Under the pieces are notes generated by a model. It ran no database searches. It saw only the letters and a list, made by a program, of their open reading frames with translations, and was not told where the DNA came from. Source: Candidatus Bathyarchaeia archaeon (GTDB taxonomy: Archaea; Thermoproteota; Bathyarchaeia; 40CM-2-53-6). From it: a stretch of DNA of 21,266 bases. Shown here one piece after another: positions 17,371 to 21,266 of the stretch. The stretch spans positions 1 through 21,266 of the forward strand of contig JBEKSC010000034.1 of assembly GCA_049517415.1 (NCBI GenBank), read 5' to 3'. How positions within the stretch are numbered: the first letter of the stretch is position 1; each line of letters begins with the position of its first letter. The translations under genes were made by a program, and so were the position numbers.

Positions 17371-17674
17371 TAGTAACGGCGCAATATTGCCTCGAGTGCC
17401 TTTATCTTATGTGGCAACGAGAATCCCACAAGTCTACGGTACTTTGATATGTTCTCCTTTCTGCTTATCTGAAGAGCCCACACCGCCCGTGCCTTTCTCT
17501 AAGATCCATCTCGGCTTTTTGCTCCTAGTCCAGTTTCCGTAACGTTTGAAAAAGTCGAATCTAGTCTTGTCAAAGCATGGCTCCTACAATTTCCGCTCTT
17601 TCTGGAGTTAGGTCCAAGACATTTCTCAATGTTTTGGCAACGTCGAGCAAAGATAAGGCTTGGAGGGTGTTTTG

Positions 17675-17690
17675 TGGCGGGCCCGCCGGG
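17675..17690 (-). pseudogene. Short tRNA 3' fragment
   Basis: CCCGG-CGGGCCC-G-CCA, resembling an archaeal Lys/Arg tRNA 3' end. Confidence 0.55.
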
Positions 17691-17752
17691 TTCCGTAACA
17701 TTATTGTCGCTTGAGTAGGGCCGCTAATTCAGTTGGTTTTCTGGTTCGAACC

Positions 17753-17875
17753 CTATAAGGTTCGCAACATTTCGCTGCTGATTATCATAGCTGAGTAGTA
17801 ATCCACGCCCGGCATCGTCATCAGGAGTTTCACGTCTTCCTGGTTGCAGGCGAGTTTGGCGATCTCGATATTCAT
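17753..17875 (-). mobile_element. IS110-family transposase remnant
   Basis: Frame reads EIAKLACNQEDVKLLMTMPGVDYYSAMIISSE, matching the LLMTIPG(I/V)..SA.I..E start of the IS110 C-terminal domain. It is truncated on both sides. Confidence 0.72.
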
Positions 17876-18068
17876 GTTCTGGAAAAGCGTCAGGCAATTG
17901 AAAAGAAGGCGCTCCTAGATGAAATCGAACTAGAAGCCAATCCACAAGCTGGCACATGAATTACTGACTGTCTCGTCCTTTTCAATCAACCGCATCATGG
18001 AGAAGCCTTCAGAAATCTGCGAATACACTCCAGCACAGTAACCATGTTCAATTTTAAGGACGTGAATT

Positions 18069-18220
18069 GGCCAACCGAGGCCTGCACTTCAGCTGTGGAG
18101 CGACGAAAGGTGAGGGAGGGAACTCTTGTACATCTTTCCGGGACCTAGGAACAGCTTGACGACGTGGGACAGACCCTCTTCTCCGAGGGATTGAGCATCC
18201 CCCCAGAGACAAACTTGGCC
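18069..18220 (+). ncRNA. Candidate rod-like structured RNA
   Basis: Stacked helices GGCCAA/TTGGCC, GAGG/CCTC, AGCTGT/ACAGCT, GAAAGGTG/CATCTTTC and GGGAG-GGAA-CTCTT. Strand is uncertain. Confidence 0.45.
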
Positions 18221-18970
18221 TTACACTCTCTGCAGGGGTTTCTCGCCTATGTGATAGACGATCTCAACAGGGCAGTGTAGAGCCTGCTCCATCTTAATCT
18301 TCGAGTCCGTGTTTAGGCCGATCAATGCGTATATGCCAATGACTTCAGCTTTGGCTTTTTGAACGATTCTAGCTAGGGCCATCTGGGTTTCGCCAGTGTC
18401 GAGAACGTCGTCTACGATTAGGACGCAATCGCCTCTTCTGAAAGCGTCTCTGGGAACGTAGAGGCTGATGACCATCGCACTCTTGCCGGGAACATAGACC
18501 TCCTCAAAGAACTCTCGAACACCTACCTCTCTGGTTTTCTTTGCTATAACGAGCTTCACGCCTAGCATATGCGCGAGGAGAACGGCGAGCGGAATTCCGT
18601 CCACGGCGGGTGAAAGTATTTTCGTAATCCGTGTCCCTGCGAATCTGTTCACTGCATGTTGAACCGCACGTTCGAGGAGGAGCGTATCAGATATTAGCCT
18701 CGTGTTGTCGAAGTATCCTAAATCATCGAAGCGCATTCTCAGCTGGATTTCCGCTTCAAGTCGCATTATCTTCTGCAAGGTTTTGTTGATGTAGAGCGCT
18801 CGATCCATCGCTGGCAGTACATGGCCCTTAACGTACCTGCTTAGAACGCTTTCCGGCAAGGAGATTATCTGTGAGAGCTCCCTGTAAGTATGGTAATTCT
18901 TAGCCAGATTGAGCAGCTCAATAGTCATCAACTTATACTTCAGATCAGATATGCGAGAACCTCCGTCCAA
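18221..18970 (-). CDS. HTH-domain phosphoribosyltransferase (PurR/APRT-like)
   Basis: N-terminal YRELSQII...VLSRYVKGHVLP HTH and PRPP-binding LIVDDVLDTGET. Confidence 0.9.
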   Translation of the reverse strand: MDGGSRISDLKYKLMTIELLNLAKNYHTYRELSQIISLPESVLSRYVKGHVLPAMDRALYINKTLQKIMRLEAEIQLRMRFDDLGYFDNTRLISDTLLLERAVQHAVNRFAGTRITKILSPAVDGIPLAVLLAHMLGVKLVIAKKTREVGVREFFEEVYVPGKSAMVISLYVPRDAFRRGDCVLIVDDVLDTGETQMALARIVQKAKAEVIGIYALIGLNTDSKIKMEQALHCPVEIVYHIGEKPLQRV

Positions 18971-19288
18971 GACAATGCCTCCAACAAAATCCTCTTGATC
19001 GTATTCTTCCGCTTCGACCTTCGCTAGAAGCGCGAACTAGTGACTCCTTAGTTATGCGTCTTCTAGCAAGAATCACAGCAAAGTGAGGTGAAAACGGTGC
19101 AAAGAAAGCTTTCCGAGCAGGGATATGCTATACTCGAGGGCACCGCACCCGCGAATGCGGCACTCATCGCCTAAAAAACATAGGCAGGTTCCTAGGGGCA
19201 GCAGGGTTTCAGTTGAAGAGCTTCGCGGGGCTCTAACTTACCTACTTCAACTTCCTCGTTGCCGTAACGGAAATGCTTGGTTCTTTCG

Positions 19289-19327
19289 TTACTTTTTCTT
19301 CTTTGGTTTCTTCTTCGCTTTCGGCAC
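19289..19327 (-). CDS. 12-aa lysine-rich micro-peptide MPKAKKKPKKKK
   Basis: GTG start with GTGA upstream and a TAA stop. Confidence 0.4.
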   Translation of the reverse strand: MPKAKKKPKKKK

Positions 19328-19694
19328 AGAAATCACGTGTAGATCTAATGTCGCTATTGCAGGTTTAACACTTCCGACCGCCCGTAGTTCTATCCGCATC
19401 GCATGGCTTCTTAGTGCCCTCTCTCTTCATCCACTTCTGCCAACTAACACGTCGCCCGCTGTTCAACTTGAGTACGCTCCACGTTTTCGCCACGTCTCCG
19501 CTCGTTTCCCGTTCTTTTCTCGTCAAGGTGACTTGTTTTGCAGTGTCCATGCTGTAGGGGATTCGTAAGTTGGAAAGAGCTCTATGTCTATCCGATCTTG
19601 AACTTTGTGAGCACGGAAAAACTTGGAATCGCTTGGTCATGGACATGGCAATGCGTTAAGTAGCTCGGTCTGTAACATGGGGTGTGAACACCTC

Positions 19695-19868
19695 ATGGCG
19701 AACAAAGCAGGCGCACAAAGTAACTGCGGAGAATGTGGCAGAGATTTGGTCGATAGGCCTGTCCCCAACTGGGGCAGATGTGAAGCTTGCGAAGTTATGT
19801 TCTGTAAGAACTGCCTACAAGTATTTCACAATCTGAATTGTGAGAGTATACGAATAGCACCACACTAA
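19695..19868 (+). CDS. Small zinc-finger protein (AN1-like Cys/His pattern)
   Basis: CxxC...CxxC...FCxxC...H...C with GGGGTG SD. Confidence 0.65.
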   Translation: MANKAGAQSNCGECGRDLVDRPVPNWGRCEACEVMFCKNCLQVFHNLNCESIRIAPH

Positions 19869-20463
19869 TGGCGCCCCCCGAAAATGGACACCGACAAAAT
19901 GAGCGTCTAGGTTCATGCGGGAATGATTTGGTGACTTAAACAGCTATTCAAAGCGGGACTCGTTTCAAGGAATGTGGAAACGAATCCGCCTAGGATCACC
20001 AAGAATTGTGTAACATAGCAGGAGATTCTGCGCCACAAAATGAAGCCTCTAAGCTTCATTAGTACAACATCATCTGGGCAGAAAGTCAAACCAACCCAAT
20101 AGGTAGAATTTTGCCCCGACATGGGGTCGTAGAGGCAGACTCGTCTCCAGGGGAGCTACAAGCAGTTCGAAACGAGGCATTGAAATCGATAAAGACGTGA
20201 AAATTGCGGATCCGCCACTTTCAAAGAAACTCGTTGACGATGTAGCGAGTAGCTGACAGAGAGGGACCTGCAACAATAAGAGCAAAAGTTGCGAATTGTA
20301 CGTAGCATCAGATCAGACGAACCAATATGTGTCGTGTACTCTGAACATCCTTATCACTGACACATTAGGGTGGATAGCTCTGGTCGGGCCGGACGGGTTT
20401 TGAGGTAGAAGGAGGCGCGTTCTACTGAAGAGATGGCTCGAGCGTAAAGCATAGTGTCGGTTG

Positions 20464-21266
20464 ATGAAAAAAAAGGATGCTAGTTGGACAACCGGAAAGA
20501 TAGGGAAAGTCACGAATTGTCCAGAGTGCGATAGCGCAAACCTCGTTGAAGATTATGATCTAGGGGAGATAATTTGCCATGATTGTGGCCTTGTACTGAG
20601 CGAGCACGCGTTGAACCAAGGACCTGAGTGGCGCGCCTTCACCAAGGAGGAAAGAGATGAACGTGGTCGCGTTGGTATGCCGATGTCCTTCTCCGTTCAC
20701 GATAAAGGCCTCTCCACTGTTATTGGTCGTGTGAATCAAGATGCTTACGGTCGCCAACTTCCACTTGCCACAAGGTTAGAGATGCTCCGCTTAAGGAAAT
20801 GGCAGATCAGGACCAGGGTCCATTCGTCAACTGATCAGAATTTGGCTCGAGCTATGGCGGAACTTGACCGCTTGACAGATATGCTTCACATTCCAGCCTC
20901 AATCAAAGAACGTGCCGCAATAGTTTATCGTAAGGCTCTCAACAACGCGCTCGTGCGAGGACGATCCATAGCGGCAATAACAGCAGCCTCGTTATATGCC
21001 GCTTGCAGGATGTCTGAAACTGCAAGGACTCTGAAGGATGTCTCGGCTGCAAGCAGGATTCGTAAAAAGGACGTCGCAAGATGCTACAGATTGCTTGTAA
21101 GAGAGCTCGACTTGCGCATGCCCGTTGTGGATCCGGTGAAATGCATCTCGAAGATCGCTACAAGAGTAGAGATTTCTACGCTAACTCAACAGAGAGCAAT
21201 ACGAATCATAAATGAAGCGAAGAAGAAAGGAATAGTCACGGGCAAAGAGCCGATGGGGCTTGCGGC
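20464..21266 (+). CDS. tfb: Transcription initiation factor IIB (runs off window end)
   Basis: Zn ribbon CPEC...CHDC, GPEWRAF, HDKGLST, LRKWQ, LVRGRSI and LYAACR. Confidence 0.97.
   Translation, partial: MKKKDASWTTGKIGKVTNCPECDSANLVEDYDLGEIICHDCGLVLSEHALNQGPEWRAFTKEERDERGRVGMPMSFSVHDKGLSTVIGRVNQDAYGRQLPLATRLEMLRLRKWQIRTRVHSSTDQNLARAMAELDRLTDMLHIPASIKERAAIVYRKALNNALVRGRSIAAITAASLYAACRMSETARTLKDVSAASRIRKKDVARCYRLLVRELDLRMPVVDPVKCISKIATRVEISTLTQQRAIRIINEAKKKGIVTGKEPMGLA

Noticed and set aside
19125..20460. ORF-track entries in the 19.1-20.4 kb region other than the zinc finger
   Set aside because: Overlapping and compositionally unconvincing; possibly decayed genes but not assignable.

Overview
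Archaeal chromosomal window, most likely TACK/Bathyarchaeia-like. This is inferred from TFB, S30e, NurA/HerA, a BHB-intron tRNA, frequent TTG starts and GGTG(A)/GGAGG Shine-Dalgarno (SD) motifs. From left to right: (1) tRNA-Gly(TCC) with a non-canonical 17-nt intron. (2) A convergent pair of an HhH-GPD/Fe-S glycosylase-like gene and an N4C/N6A-type methyltransferase. (3) A MarR regulator and a nitrogen locus with two amtB genes flanking dcd, two extra amt N-terminal fragments and no glnK. (4) Several small hypothetical genes. (5) A module of three paralogous winged-helix (wHTH) proteins, a fourth small wHTH, a CxxC micro-ORF, nurA and herA, without mre11/rad50. This module contains a ~270-nt highly structured, promoter-preceded candidate ncRNA and a 16-bp direct-repeat pair. 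(6) rps30e with a TTA start. (7) A mobile-element scar region with two tRNA 3' fragments and an IS110 remnant. (8) A second ~150-nt rod-like candidate ncRNA, an HTH-phosphoribosyltransferase, small ORFs, and tfb, which runs off the window end. All calls come from manual motif reading and hand folding; no searches were run.
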